From the IMG/VR virus record IMGVR_UViG_3300027996_002186, positions 62,001 to 126,000 of that record: a stretch of DNA of 64,000 nt, one strand, 5' to 3'. Made by a program: the position numbers and the translations under genes. Below, in pieces: positions 28,726 through 39,911 of the stretch. The stretch's first letter is position 1; the number at the start of each line of letters is the position of its first letter. The notes below the pieces were generated by a model, which was not told the origin of the DNA, did no database searches, and saw only the letters and a list, made by a program, of their open reading frames with translations.

Positions 28726-29757
28726 ATGTCTGTCACTGGTACATATAGTCCTCCTGGTGGAGGTCCTCCTTATGGAGGTAGCGCTTCGGCTGAGAGTTGG
28801 TCTGATTTGGATGATTTACTTATTCGTATGCCTGATAATACGGCTAACTTAATAGTAGCTAAGAATATTAGAGATTCTGTTTACACTTTATGGGATAGAA
28901 TTGATACTGTTGAGGTAATAGCAGCTTCTGCGGGTTCGGCATCTTCTTTTTTCCAAAATACAGAATCTACACCAATTACAGTTGGTGGTATACCATCAGG
29001 AACTTCGTTTCCGACACCAACTAATATGCAAGATATGTGGGATCAATTACTTTATCCATATGTTGGACCAAGTTCTGGATTTTCACCATCATCTTTATCA
29101 AGAGAATTTGGTACACCTTTAGCGGTAACATTGAATTGGTCTGTTGTGAAAAATAGTGATCCAATTACAGTTATAACTGTTGATGGTGTTGCTCAAATAC
29201 CCACCGGTAATTCACAAGTTGGTACAAAAACAGATTCAACTGGTACACATAGCTTAACACCCGGAGTTACTGAAACTAATGTATTTGCTATGTCTGCTTA
29301 TGATGGTACATCTACTACAAATTCAAATTATACATTAACATGGAAAAATAGAATATTTTGGGGATATATTGACCTTGCTTCTATTGATAATCCAAATCTA
29401 ACTACAAATCCAGGATCACAGTCAATAGTAGCATCACTTTGTACCGATACTGCTATAAAGTCATTGACTGGAGCAAATGCAAATGGGTCTATGTTAGGTA
29501 GTGAATTAGCAATTAGTAAAAATAAAACATATACGGGAATAGATGGTGATGGTAAATATTTAATATTTGCTTGGCCTAGTAATGTGAGTGGTGCGTTGAT
29601 ACCATCATTTAGTGTTAATGGATTGCCTAATACGGCATTTACGAGAGTTAGGACCGCGTCAGCTTTTGTAAACTCAAATGGATTTAGTGGCACAAATTAT
29701 GAAGTGTGGGTTAGTAATACATTACAAAACTCACCATTAAATATAATAATAAGTTAA
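28726..29757 (+). CDS. Virion structural / tail-fibre-associated protein
   Basis: Ser/Thr/Gly-rich beta protein; first gene of the fibre cluster; late motif at 28696. Confidence 0.55.
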   Translation: MSVTGTYSPPGGGPPYGGSASAESWSDLDDLLIRMPDNTANLIVAKNIRDSVYTLWDRIDTVEVIAASAGSASSFFQNTESTPITVGGIPSGTSFPTPTNMQDMWDQLLYPYVGPSSGFSPSSLSREFGTPLAVTLNWSVVKNSDPITVITVDGVAQIPTGNSQVGTKTDSTGTHSLTPGVTETNVFAMSAYDGTSTTNSNYTLTWKNRIFWGYIDLASIDNPNLTTNPGSQSIVASLCTDTAIKSLTGANANGSMLGSELAISKNKTYTGIDGDGKYLIFAWPSNVSGALIPSFSVNGLPNTAFTRVRTASAFVNSNGFSGTNYEVWVSNTLQNSPLNIIIS

Positions 29758-29768
29758 ATATATAGAAT

Positions 29769-31391
29769 ATGGCACAAAACATAGGTACATTAGTTTCATC
29801 AGCAATCAGACCCAATGATTCATTAGATCCAATTGCGTCAGCTTTTTCTAGTGAGATAAAAGGTGGATTACATACAGTGGTATCAAGTGGTGATAGAGAT
29901 GATACTATATTTGAGAGAAGAGAATGGGGTATGATGTGTTACATTATCAATGATAAAAAAACATATCAATTAGAGTATAATTATGCGGATACTGATATAA
30001 TGAACAACTCTAATTGGATTGAATTTAGTGGATCTGGTGGAGGTGGTGGAAGCGAATGGGTTGATTCTGTGTTTTCAGTTTTGTTAACTGAGCCAACGAT
30101 AGGGCCCGGGTCACCAACAAGTGGTGATAGATATTTAGTAGGTACTAAACCCACCGATGTCGTTTCTGGTACTAATTGGTCAGTTATATCTCCTGGATTT
30201 GTAGCTGAGTGGAATTCAGCTTTAATGTCTTGGGATATCACATATCCAACTGAGGGTATGTCTGTTAGGGTAGATGATGAAGATAATTCCATTTATAAAT
30301 ATGAAACGGATGGTGGATTAAATAATTATCCGAATGGAACTTGGGAAAAGGAAAAATTAGGACAAGTTAGATCAATAGATGCTAATTTCACCGGAGGGTT
30401 TAGTTATTCAACAACATCTGATCCTGAATTTTCAGGATATATAAAAGATATGTTATTCCTTACCAAATTTGATACAGTTAATTCCGGAGTAACAGCTTCA
30501 TTGGATGTAAATGGATTGGGTAATGTTTTAATAAAAAAATCAACATCGGGTGGTGTTATAAACTTAAACCCATTTGATATAAAAACAGACATTGTTTATA
30601 GTTTAGTTTATGATGGTACATATTTTCAATTAAACAAACCTTCAAATGATGATTTATTTAATGTTAAATATTATATAGAACCTACTGATTATATAGTTGT
30701 TCCTCAATATTATCAATATTGGGTTTATGGAGATTTAACCATTGATGGTTGGATGGAAAATTACGGACAAGTTGTTATCGCTAATGGTTCACTTATTAAC
30801 ACTGGAACTTTTTCCAATTTTGGATCCTTATCATTTATTAGTTTTGACTCTGGAACTGGATCAACCCCATCAGTAACATCATATTCTGATACAGACACGA
30901 TAGATTTTGATATTTTTGTAGCACCACTTGGTCCCTCGGTATCAGCTTTCATTAAAAATGATTCACTAACGGCTTCACACTTAAACACTGGATCTTCCGG
31001 TGGAGCAACTGCTGGATATGTATTATCTGTTGATGAATCAGGATTATTTAACTGGAAAGGCGGAGGAGGAGGAGCTTTATCGTATTCTGATAAAAGTTAT
31101 GTAATGAGTACTAATACTAGTGGTGACGGTTCACCTACTGGATTGGTTATATCAAATACACCTCTTGTAAATTCTTATGTTGGTGTTTTTATAAATGGTC
31201 AAGAATTTCAAGTTGGTTTTGGTACAACTTCTAGCGTTCCATGTTATTTTAGTGATGATGGTGGAACAACTGCTAAAACATCAACTTCACCTAATAATGT
31301 ACAGATAGGTGACGAATTATATTGGAATGGAGTTGTAGTTGGAATGGATTTATTCACTACTTGGAGGATTTCATTATTTTATCAAGAATAA
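29769..31391 (+). CDS. Tail fibre / virion structural protein
   Basis: Gly-rich linkers; PTSGDRYLV segment; C-terminal module shared with the next gene. Confidence 0.6.
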   Translation: MAQNIGTLVSSAIRPNDSLDPIASAFSSEIKGGLHTVVSSGDRDDTIFERREWGMMCYIINDKKTYQLEYNYADTDIMNNSNWIEFSGSGGGGGSEWVDSVFSVLLTEPTIGPGSPTSGDRYLVGTKPTDVVSGTNWSVISPGFVAEWNSALMSWDITYPTEGMSVRVDDEDNSIYKYETDGGLNNYPNGTWEKEKLGQVRSIDANFTGGFSYSTTSDPEFSGYIKDMLFLTKFDTVNSGVTASLDVNGLGNVLIKKSTSGGVINLNPFDIKTDIVYSLVYDGTYFQLNKPSNDDLFNVKYYIEPTDYIVVPQYYQYWVYGDLTIDGWMENYGQVVIANGSLINTGTFSNFGSLSFISFDSGTGSTPSVTSYSDTDTIDFDIFVAPLGPSVSAFIKNDSLTASHLNTGSSGGATAGYVLSVDESGLFNWKGGGGGALSYSDKSYVMSTNTSGDGSPTGLVISNTPLVNSYVGVFINGQEFQVGFGTTSSVPCYFSDDGGTTAKTSTSPNNVQIGDELYWNGVVVGMDLFTTWRISLFYQE

Positions 31392-31469
31392 ATTGAGAAT
31401 AAACAAAACATAGATATATAATTAAGTTTCATATTTAATATATAATCTAAGAAAAATTAAAAATGAAGA

Positions 31470-34400
31470 ATGGCATTATTAGATGGTAAGCAAATGAGAG
31501 ATAACTCACTCTCATTAGATAAATTAAATGGATCCAGTGGTTTAGTTACTTTCACTTCTGCAACAATGAGTTTTTCTACGGGTGCTTTTTTAAGAACATC
31601 CGATGATAATATTTTAGATGGATTAGATGTTGTTAATAAAAATTATGTTGATTCTGTTTCATCTGGATTAAATCCAAAAGAATCTTCTACTGCTATTTAT
31701 GAGGATGACGTTGCATCAGAGACAGGATATGTATATAATAATGGTGCTTCTGGAGTTGGAGCTACATTAACATTTACAAACGTTAATAGTCTTGATTTTG
31801 ATGGTGTTACACTATCTGTAACCTCACCACTAACAAGAGTTATTATAAATTCTAACACAGACACATTTGTGAATGGTATTTATGATGTTACTAGTTTGAC
31901 AGTACTTACAAGATCTACTGACTTTGATGGTTCTCCATCTCAAGAGGTTGATGGTGGTGAATATTCATTCGTTACGGAAGGTAGTTTATATGCTGATACA
32001 GGATGGGTTGTTTCCTCTCCTAATAGCACAGCTACAATAGGAACAACTCCAATTATTTGGACTCAATTCTCATCTGCTGGTGTTGTACAAGCTGGATCTG
32101 GATTAACAAAAACCGGTAACACATTAAATGTTGGATCTGGAACAGGATTATCAGCATCATCAACAGAAGTTTTTCTTGAAGATACATCCGTTACTCCTAC
32201 TACTTATGGTGCTGATGATACAATACCAACATTTACAGTAGATCAACAAGGTAGATTAACATCAGCGAGTGATGTTACGATTGATATAACGGCATCTCAA
32301 GTAAATGATTTTACATCCGCTTCAGAAACAGCTATCTTTACAGATGCGAATTTTGTGGATGGTATAACAGTCACATTCTCAGTAACACCTGGGTCCGATA
32401 TTACTGCTGAAGTAGTTGATGGTTCGTTAGGAACTGTTAAACTTGATGCTAGTGGTGGAGCAACTGCTGGTTATTCTTTACTATCAAACGGAACAGGATT
32501 TGATTGGGTTCTTAACGCAGGAGACATATCAGCAGTTACTGCTGGAGCCGGATTAACTGGTGGTGGTTCGTCAGGAGCGGTTTCATTATCTGTTAATGTT
32601 TCTAATGGTTTAAATTTAGATGGCGATGATGTTGAATTAGGTGGTACATTAGATAAGACAACAACAATAGATACTGATGGTAATGTTTTAGATATAACAA
32701 ATGTGGCTGATTCATACACTTTGATGAAAAATCAGAACCTAGCGGATAAATCTGGTACATTTAGTACACTTTCTATTGGTTCTGATATTGATAATGGTAT
32801 TTCGGAACCTTCGACTAATAGAGTTGATGATTTACAAGTGGAAGCAGACTCAGTTTATATCATCGGCGCGAGTGATAGTAGTAATTTAGGATTTTTAAAT
32901 ATAAATAAAGAACAAGGTACTTTAGGCGTAGATGCACCTGGAGGACAATCATCAATTAACATATTGGCAACTCAGATGTTAGTAGGTGATACTTTAAATC
33001 TAACAGGTTTAAAGTATCAAGCTGATTACTCATCTAACTATACTGATCGTTCTTTAGTTGATAAAGAATATGTTGATGATGCTATTTCAATAGTTACTGG
33101 ATCAGATATCGATGAAGTTACTGCTGGTGCTGGTTTAAGTGGAGGTGGTACTCAAGGAGTTGTTACTTTAGATGTTAATGTTAATGCTGACTCTATGGAG
33201 ATAGTAACTGATGTTATTAGATTAAAAAATACTATTACAGGAGATAGAACATTTGCTGATTCGGTTATCGTATCAGGAAACTTAACAATTGCTGGAACAG
33301 CAACTTATGTAAATACAGAAAATCTTTATGTAGTTGATAATACTATTACATTGAACGCTACTTATAGTGGTTCTCCATCAGCAGTACCTTATTCAGGTAT
33401 CGAAATTAACTTAGGTGATGGTACATATTCTACATTTTTACACGAAGAATCAACTGGGTATTTTGTTGGTGGTGTTTCTGGATCAGAATCAGCATTTATA
33501 CAAGAAGCTGGTACAGGATTAACAAAAACTGGTAATGCACTATCTGCTGATTTAACAGAAATTGCTGAATCAACACAAGGTGCTGGATTAACAGCAAGTG
33601 CCGGTGTTATTAATGTTGGTCAAGGAACTGGTATTACAGTAAATGTTGATGATGTGGCAATTGATTTTGTTTCAATCACTGGTAATGGTTTAACACAATC
33701 GGGTGGAGTTATTAATGTTGATGTTGATAATACAACAATTCAAATTGTAAATGGTGAATTAGTCGCTACTACATTGGGTGATATACAAGGAGTTACTGCT
33801 GGTGCTGGTTTAAGTGGAGGAGGTGATTCTGGATTTGTTACTTTAGATGTTAATCTTGGAGTTGATGGTGGTTTAACATTCTCTAGTGATGATATAGTAG
33901 TTGATGAGGCTAACTTTAATTATACGATAATAAATACTAACTTACAAGGAAATGGTTTAACTGCAAATGGTGTAGTTCTTGACGTAAATACTGGAAATGG
34001 TTTAACAATCAATTCTGATGTTGTTGAAGCTGACTTATTATCTAATGGAGGTTTAACATTCTCTAGTGGCCAAATTGAAGTATCTGTTGATAATAGTACA
34101 ATAACAATTATAGATGGTGAATTAGTTGCTTCTGCACAAGGAGATATTACGGGAGTTACAGCCGGATCTGGTTTAAGTGGAGGTGGTAATTCTGGATTCT
34201 TACAGATGGATGCTGATATTACCGCACAAGGTGGTTTAACATTCTCAGGAGTTATTGTTGATAACAACAGCACTTTACAAGTTGAAACTGATGGTACAAC
34301 TATAACAGTTAATGCAAGTGGTCAATTAGAAGCAATTGGTACAACAGCTCAACCAGTTTATAATCAAATGAATGAAACTTCTGTATTAACTACACCAAAC

Positions 34401-34658
34401 ACTGATAATGTTAGTACACAAATTGCTATCGCGAACCCACCATCTAAATATTCAAGAGTACAAGTATTTGTTAATGGACAATTACAAAACTTGGGTGATA
34501 ATAACACAACCAAAGATTGTTACTTTAGAGATTCTGGTAATACAACAACTAGAGCAATAAGTCTTATAGTTGCTACTGATGTTCTTTATTGGAATGGGGC
34601 AATTGCTGGATTTAACTTAACAACTACTGATACAATTTCTCTTTCTTACGAAACATAA
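31470..34658 (+). CDS. Long tail fibre protein
   Basis: 1062 aa with repeated GDIxxVTAGxGLxGGG and GLT motifs; VNKNYVD and TRSTDFD...FVTEG...WTQFS fibre segments. Confidence 0.7.
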   Translation: MALLDGKQMRDNSLSLDKLNGSSGLVTFTSATMSFSTGAFLRTSDDNILDGLDVVNKNYVDSVSSGLNPKESSTAIYEDDVASETGYVYNNGASGVGATLTFTNVNSLDFDGVTLSVTSPLTRVIINSNTDTFVNGIYDVTSLTVLTRSTDFDGSPSQEVDGGEYSFVTEGSLYADTGWVVSSPNSTATIGTTPIIWTQFSSAGVVQAGSGLTKTGNTLNVGSGTGLSASSTEVFLEDTSVTPTTYGADDTIPTFTVDQQGRLTSASDVTIDITASQVNDFTSASETAIFTDANFVDGITVTFSVTPGSDITAEVVDGSLGTVKLDASGGATAGYSLLSNGTGFDWVLNAGDISAVTAGAGLTGGGSSGAVSLSVNVSNGLNLDGDDVELGGTLDKTTTIDTDGNVLDITNVADSYTLMKNQNLADKSGTFSTLSIGSDIDNGISEPSTNRVDDLQVEADSVYIIGASDSSNLGFLNINKEQGTLGVDAPGGQSSINILATQMLVGDTLNLTGLKYQADYSSNYTDRSLVDKEYVDDAISIVTGSDIDEVTAGAGLSGGGTQGVVTLDVNVNADSMEIVTDVIRLKNTITGDRTFADSVIVSGNLTIAGTATYVNTENLYVVDNTITLNATYSGSPSAVPYSGIEINLGDGTYSTFLHEESTGYFVGGVSGSESAFIQEAGTGLTKTGNALSADLTEIAESTQGAGLTASAGVINVGQGTGITVNVDDVAIDFVSITGNGLTQSGGVINVDVDNTTIQIVNGELVATTLGDIQGVTAGAGLSGGGDSGFVTLDVNLGVDGGLTFSSDDIVVDEANFNYTIINTNLQGNGLTANGVVLDVNTGNGLTINSDVVEADLLSNGGLTFSSGQIEVSVDNSTITIIDGELVASAQGDITGVTAGSGLSGGGNSGFLQMDADITAQGGLTFSGVIVDNNSTLQVETDGTTITVNASGQLEAIGTTAQPVYNQMNETSVLTTPNTDNVSTQIAIANPPSKYSRVQVFVNGQLQNLGDNNTTKDCYFRDSGNTTTRAISLIVATDVLYWNGAIAGFNLTTTDTISLSYET

Positions 34659-34678
34659 TAATTAATAATTAATTAATC

Positions 34679-34710
34679 AAAAAGGAGTGAAGAAATTCAC
34701 TCCTTTTTTT
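34679..34710 (+). terminator. Rho-independent terminator
   Basis: A5-GGAGTGAA-gaaa-TTCACTCC-T7. Confidence 0.85.
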
Positions 34711-34779
34711 ATGTACATTTTTAAAATAGAGTATCCTGTTTTAATATATAAGACTAGATAAAAATATTAAATCCATTAA

Positions 34780-35571
34780 ATGGCTCAACAGAATATTAAA
34801 CAAATAAAAGGTGCTTCACAAGGTTCAGTACTTTTCTTAGGTACTAATAGTGTAGTTAGTGAAGATTATAATAATTTAAATTGGGATCAAGGTACCTTTT
34901 CGATAAATGGTAATTTAGTAACATCTGGTATAATAAATGGTATAGATATAGCTACTGATGTAGCAGCGAACACAGCTAAAGTAACTAATGCTACTCATAC
35001 TGGTGATGTTACAGGAGATACCGCATTGACTATTGCAGCAGGATCCGTAGATATACCAATGCTTTCAGCTAGTGGTACATCTGACACTACTACTTTTTTA
35101 GGAGGAGATAATGTTTGGAATGTTGCTCTTAAAAGCTTAACGGTAGGAAGTAGCACATTTGTAAGCTTACAAAATGTAGGTACAGTAAATGTTCCTGATA
35201 TCACTTCTACATTATCTGCTACTGGTACACCGGATTCTACTACATTCTTACGAGGTGATAATACTTGGTCTGTTCCAGCAGGAGGAGGCGGAGCAACAGT
35301 ATCTTTTACATTAAGAAATGTGAGTTCAGGTGATACTTTTTCAACAGCACAAGAAACTATTAACGCTACTGCTGGTACATTTATAGTAAACTTACCAACA
35401 TCAGTAGGTATTCAAGGCGTAACCTATACACTCGTAAACAGTGGTACAGGGATAATAACATTAAAAGGTAATAGTGGTGAGACAATAAACGGTTCCACAA
35501 CTATTACTTTGTCAACTCAATATACAAGTAGAACAGTACAATCAGATGGTGCAAATTGGATCATCATATAA
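34780..35571 (+). CDS. Short tail fibre / adaptor protein
   Basis: Duplicated LSAxGTxDxTTFLxGDNxW motif; C-terminal TING...VQSDGANWII fibre module. Confidence 0.6.
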   Translation: MAQQNIKQIKGASQGSVLFLGTNSVVSEDYNNLNWDQGTFSINGNLVTSGIINGIDIATDVAANTAKVTNATHTGDVTGDTALTIAAGSVDIPMLSASGTSDTTTFLGGDNVWNVALKSLTVGSSTFVSLQNVGTVNVPDITSTLSATGTPDSTTFLRGDNTWSVPAGGGGATVSFTLRNVSSGDTFSTAQETINATAGTFIVNLPTSVGIQGVTYTLVNSGTGIITLKGNSGETINGSTTITLSTQYTSRTVQSDGANWIII

Positions 35572-35601
35572 ACAAGAAGAATAAAAATAAATATATAAGA
35601 C

Positions 35602-37746
35602 ATGAGTTATACACCACCATTAGAAGCAGAAGTAACTGCATTTAAAACTACCGCACTTTTAGCAAATGGAGCGACTTACACTTCATCTGATGTAGATTGG
35701 GATGGAGATGTAAATGGTTGTTCACAAGTTCAAACAGAGATATTAGCCTCTCACGATGGTAATATTGATATTTCATTTTGTGAAGATTCAGCTTTTACAG
35801 ATGTTGTTAGAACTATATCAATTCCTTATACTGCAAGTGGGGGTTATCAATTCTTTGCCGCACCTGCTTTTGCGAACTTTATAAAATATGAGTTTACAAA
35901 TAACGGTGGAGTAACACAAACAGATTTTTATTATACTACTAAGCTTTTAACAACTGCAATATCTCCTCAGTTATTAACAACGGGCGCTTTTATTGCCCCC
36001 GCGATGGTTACTACCCTAAATAGAAGTATAACAGTAGGACAAGACCCAAATGCTGTTTTTACAAATACTCCAAGCGGAGGAATAAGTGATGTAAATTCAT
36101 CAGTTGCACCTCTTGGTGCAGGAGCAACATTTAGCGGAACATTCACCGACACTAGTGGTTATGCTTCAACTTCTATTTTTATGAAATCGGATCAAGATTC
36201 AGCCGCAGATGGACTTAAAATTATACATTCGAGTGATGGTGTTACTGATGAAAGAGTAATAAGTTTTACATATTTAACAGCATCAAATCCACAAGGACTT
36301 GTGTATATGATACCAGCTTCAACTAAATATTTTAGAGTTCAGTATATCAACGGATCCACCCCTCAAAGTTCATTTGTCATGAGTATTAAGAATGAAACAT
36401 CACCACAACAAACAATAGCATTACCTGTTAATTTACCAATTAAAGATGGCACTCTTTCTAATGTAACTAAGTCAGTTATAGTTGGTCAGAATGATGCAGG
36501 TAATTTTGAAAATGTCCCAATAGATACTAAAGGTCATTTAGAAGTAAACGTTACAAATCCTAATACCTCTTATGATGAAGTTCAAGTAGCACAACTTACT
36601 CCAGTATCTCAATTAAGTTTTCCATATAATATTAATGCAGATATAGTAACTACTATTTTAGGAGGAAGTGGAACAGTTACACAAGGTGATAATATGGCTG
36701 TTCTTTCTACAAGCGTAGATCAAACCGCAGTAGAATCAGCAGCATTAGAAAGTAAAGAAACTATTACATTTAGAGCAGGACAAGGATCGTTAGCAAGATT
36801 TTCAGTCTTGTTTACAAACTCATCAAATGGACCAACAAGCATTCAAGGAATGGGAGTAGGAGATGCAAATGATGGATATGGTTTTGCTCTAATAGGTTCA
36901 GTTATGAATATATCGTATAGAACAAACGGAGCAGTTGATACACCTCCTGCTAACCAGACTAACGTAGTACAGACCTTATGGAATAATGATGTGATGGACG
37001 GCACAGGAAGTGTGGATAATCCATCAGGAATGTTATTAGACCCAACACTAGGTAATGTTTACCAAATTAGTTATGGAAGCGGGTTTGGTTGTATTAACTT
37101 TTCTATTGAAAGCGATGTAACAGGAAGAATGATATTAGTTCACGTATTGCATCTTGCAAATATATTGGATGCTCCATCCGCCTACAATCCAACTTTTGCA
37201 TTAAGAGCAGAAGTTTTCAAAGTAGGAACATCAGATGCCAACAATTATGTAATGAAAGTTGCTGATATGTCAAGTTTCGTGGAAGGAAATAACTTACCAA
37301 CTGGTCCTGTTAATGGATTCACAAACATAGAAGATACTAATAATACAACTGACGTACTAATGTTTACACTATATAACAATGCTACCTTCGCAAGTAAAAC
37401 GAATAAAGTATCTTGTTTATTACAAAGTATTAGTATTGCAAGTGGTTCAGGTGAGCCTGGTGTAGTTAAAATAATAGAGGATGGTTCTTTGACTGGAGCG
37501 GGAACACCTAATGATATATCAACTGGAACATCTGTTGTATCTACTGATATTACCGCAACTGCAATAAGTGGAGGTAGAGTACTATGGGTAGGTTCTGTCG
37601 CAAAAGATGGTGGGACCTCTGTTGATATAAGTAATTTAGGTATAAGAATGCGACCTGGTAGCCATTACACTGTTACTACTGCTTTGGTTACTACCGCTCA
37701 AAACAAAAAGATTTCAGCAGGAGTTGTTTGGAAAGAAGATTTTTAA
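35602..37746 (+). CDS. Putative receptor-binding / structural protein
   Basis: 714-aa beta-rich protein with a duplicated N-terminal module (LANGATYT / LGAGATFS) at the end of the fibre cluster. Confidence 0.5.
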   Translation: MSYTPPLEAEVTAFKTTALLANGATYTSSDVDWDGDVNGCSQVQTEILASHDGNIDISFCEDSAFTDVVRTISIPYTASGGYQFFAAPAFANFIKYEFTNNGGVTQTDFYYTTKLLTTAISPQLLTTGAFIAPAMVTTLNRSITVGQDPNAVFTNTPSGGISDVNSSVAPLGAGATFSGTFTDTSGYASTSIFMKSDQDSAADGLKIIHSSDGVTDERVISFTYLTASNPQGLVYMIPASTKYFRVQYINGSTPQSSFVMSIKNETSPQQTIALPVNLPIKDGTLSNVTKSVIVGQNDAGNFENVPIDTKGHLEVNVTNPNTSYDEVQVAQLTPVSQLSFPYNINADIVTTILGGSGTVTQGDNMAVLSTSVDQTAVESAALESKETITFRAGQGSLARFSVLFTNSSNGPTSIQGMGVGDANDGYGFALIGSVMNISYRTNGAVDTPPANQTNVVQTLWNNDVMDGTGSVDNPSGMLLDPTLGNVYQISYGSGFGCINFSIESDVTGRMILVHVLHLANILDAPSAYNPTFALRAEVFKVGTSDANNYVMKVADMSSFVEGNNLPTGPVNGFTNIEDTNNTTDVLMFTLYNNATFASKTNKVSCLLQSISIASGSGEPGVVKIIEDGSLTGAGTPNDISTGTSVVSTDITATAISGGRVLWVGSVAKDGGTSVDISNLGIRMRPGSHYTVTTALVTTAQNKKISAGVVWKEDF

Positions 37747-37818
37747 AATACACAACCATCCATATAATTTATAAACAGAAAAGTCTAGCGTTCTGTTTTT
37801 ATATTTAATATATACTTT

Positions 37819-38565
37819 ATGAAACTTACTAAATATTTAGAATTTGTCCAGTCTGATTTAGAACCTGTTAAATCTTTCTATATTAAAGATGAATTAAACC
37901 CAAAAGTTTGGGAAAATGAAGAGATGATACCTGAGGTAAGAGAACAATTACTTCAAATTGCTCAAGATTTTTACGATGGTACAGATTTAAAGGCTGATGT
38001 TCAAGACATTATACTAACTGGATCTTTGGCTAATTATAATTGGTCGGAAAAATACTCTGATTATGATATACATATATTAATTGATTTCAAGGATGTTAAT
38101 GATGATGAAGAATTGGTTAAGAAATATGCGGATAGTGTTAAGAACATATGGAACGGATTACATGATATTGAGATTGGAGGATATGAGGTTGAAGTTTATA
38201 TACAAGGTATAAAAGAAATACATAAAGCATCTGGGATTTATTCAGTTATGAATGATGAATGGAATGTAAAGCCGAGTAAAAAAGATTTCGAACCAAATGA
38301 AGAATTAATCAAAGAAAAGGCTAAATCAGCTATGATGATGGTTGATGATTTAGAGGGAGATATCGATGAAGATAAATATGAAGAATTTCAAAAGAAGGTA
38401 AAGAAAGTTTGGGATAAGATTAAGAATTATCGTAAGAGTGGATTAGCTACACAAGGTGGTGAATTCTCTACTGGTAATTTAGTATTTAAGTTACTTAGAA
38501 GAAATGGATATATTGGAAAAGTTCTTGTTCTAAAGAGAAAATCTTATGATAATCAATTTAATTAA
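37819..38565 (+). CDS. Pol-beta-superfamily nucleotidyltransferase
   Basis: ILTGSLANYNW...SDYDIHIL (GS + DxD) and EVEVY; N-terminal tag MKLTKYLEF. Confidence 0.75.
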   Translation: MKLTKYLEFVQSDLEPVKSFYIKDELNPKVWENEEMIPEVREQLLQIAQDFYDGTDLKADVQDIILTGSLANYNWSEKYSDYDIHILIDFKDVNDDEELVKKYADSVKNIWNGLHDIEIGGYEVEVYIQGIKEIHKASGIYSVMNDEWNVKPSKKDFEPNEELIKEKAKSAMMMVDDLEGDIDEDKYEEFQKKVKKVWDKIKNYRKSGLATQGGEFSTGNLVFKLLRRNGYIGKVLVLKRKSYDNQFN

Positions 38566-38568
38566 ATT

Positions 38569-39264
38569 ATGGCTAGAATTTCAGAAATAGAAGAATTGCT
38601 TAAAGAAGTATTTGATGAGGAAAAGGGTGTTGTTAACTCTGTTGAATCTATTTATGAGTCACCCGAAGAAGGTGATTTTCTTAAATTGGTTATATCTATA
38701 CATGGTTTAGTAACGGAAGATACTACTATCATACACACAAAGTTTATATTTAAAGTTGATTTAGAAAAAAGAAAAACCGTAGAGGATTCTTTTATTTATT
38801 TATATGATGTTAATTGTGTTTATCATAAATTAGATTTCAAAAATATTATTGACTTGAAAGATAAGATAACTAATATTATAGAATCTAAAGATTTTGGAGA
38901 GGACTTACAAATACTTTCTGACTTCATTGAGGCACCTGCTATGTTCTTAAATTACTACATGAGAAGACACAAGATAACAGATTATTCTATTTTTGATGTG
39001 GTGTATCAACCAAAATTTAAGACTACTCCGTGTGATAAAACAACGTTTGATTTCAAAGTCAATATTAATAATAACTATGATATGGGATTATCTATTAGTA
39101 AGGTAGATCGAGATGAAGAAGAGAATGAAATTGACTCCTATAAATTCCAATTTAGGTTTATGGATGATATAGAAACACTTGAAACAGATTCTTTGTCAAA
39201 TGTTCACTTTTTTATCGGGTCTAATATCGCTAAGATGTTGGATAAAAAGTTAAAGAATAAATGA
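38569..39264 (+). CDS. Hypothetical protein
   Basis: 231-aa ORF in an operon. Confidence 0.55.
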   Translation: MARISEIEELLKEVFDEEKGVVNSVESIYESPEEGDFLKLVISIHGLVTEDTTIIHTKFIFKVDLEKRKTVEDSFIYLYDVNCVYHKLDFKNIIDLKDKITNIIESKDFGEDLQILSDFIEAPAMFLNYYMRRHKITDYSIFDVVYQPKFKTTPCDKTTFDFKVNINNNYDMGLSISKVDRDEEENEIDSYKFQFRFMDDIETLETDSLSNVHFFIGSNIAKMLDKKLKNK

Positions 39265-39911
39265 AACATCTAGAGAAATTTTATAACTATATTACGGAGT
39301 CTGATTCATATTCTAAAGATGAATTGAATGAATTGTTAGTACCTATTAGGGATTTGGGTGTGTCTTGTGATATTGGTGATAAAAGAACAATAACAGAGGG
39401 TAAATTTTATGGTAGTGAATACATTAGTGTTGGATTTTCATTTAATGACTATGAAAAAACACCTGGTTTTGGATACCGAACCGATATTATGTCTGATAAT
39501 AGAATATGGGATTTTTTCGATGAGTTAATTTCTTTGAGAAATAGGTTAGAGAATGATAAAATATTAATACATTTTTATAACACTAAGTATGGTAGTTATG
39601 GTGTTAGTATAATGTTTGTTACTGGTGAGGTAACTGATAATAAATTATTTGAACTAGAAAAGGTTTATAATGTATTAAGAACTAGATCTAATTCTGGTAC
39701 AACAGATTTTTATTATAGTATGTTACTGAAATTAAATAAAGAGGAACCCTCTATAAATATTGAGGTTTCTCAATATACTAGTAGGAAATTCAAATACTTT
39801 ACTAGACAAATTGATATGTCTGGTTTTGATATTAGAATTGTAATTATTGGAGCTGGTAGTTATGGTTATGGCGGTACAAAAGCAGATATTAAGATAACAC
39901 CTAAAGGTTAA
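39261..39911 (+). CDS. Hypothetical protein
   Basis: MKHLEKFYNYITE tag; ATGA overlap with the previous gene. Confidence 0.55.
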   Translation: MKHLEKFYNYITESDSYSKDELNELLVPIRDLGVSCDIGDKRTITEGKFYGSEYISVGFSFNDYEKTPGFGYRTDIMSDNRIWDFFDELISLRNRLENDKILIHFYNTKYGSYGVSIMFVTGEVTDNKLFELEKVYNVLRTRSNSGTTDFYYSMLLKLNKEEPSINIEVSQYTSRKFKYFTRQIDMSGFDIRIVIIGAGSYGYGGTKADIKITPKG

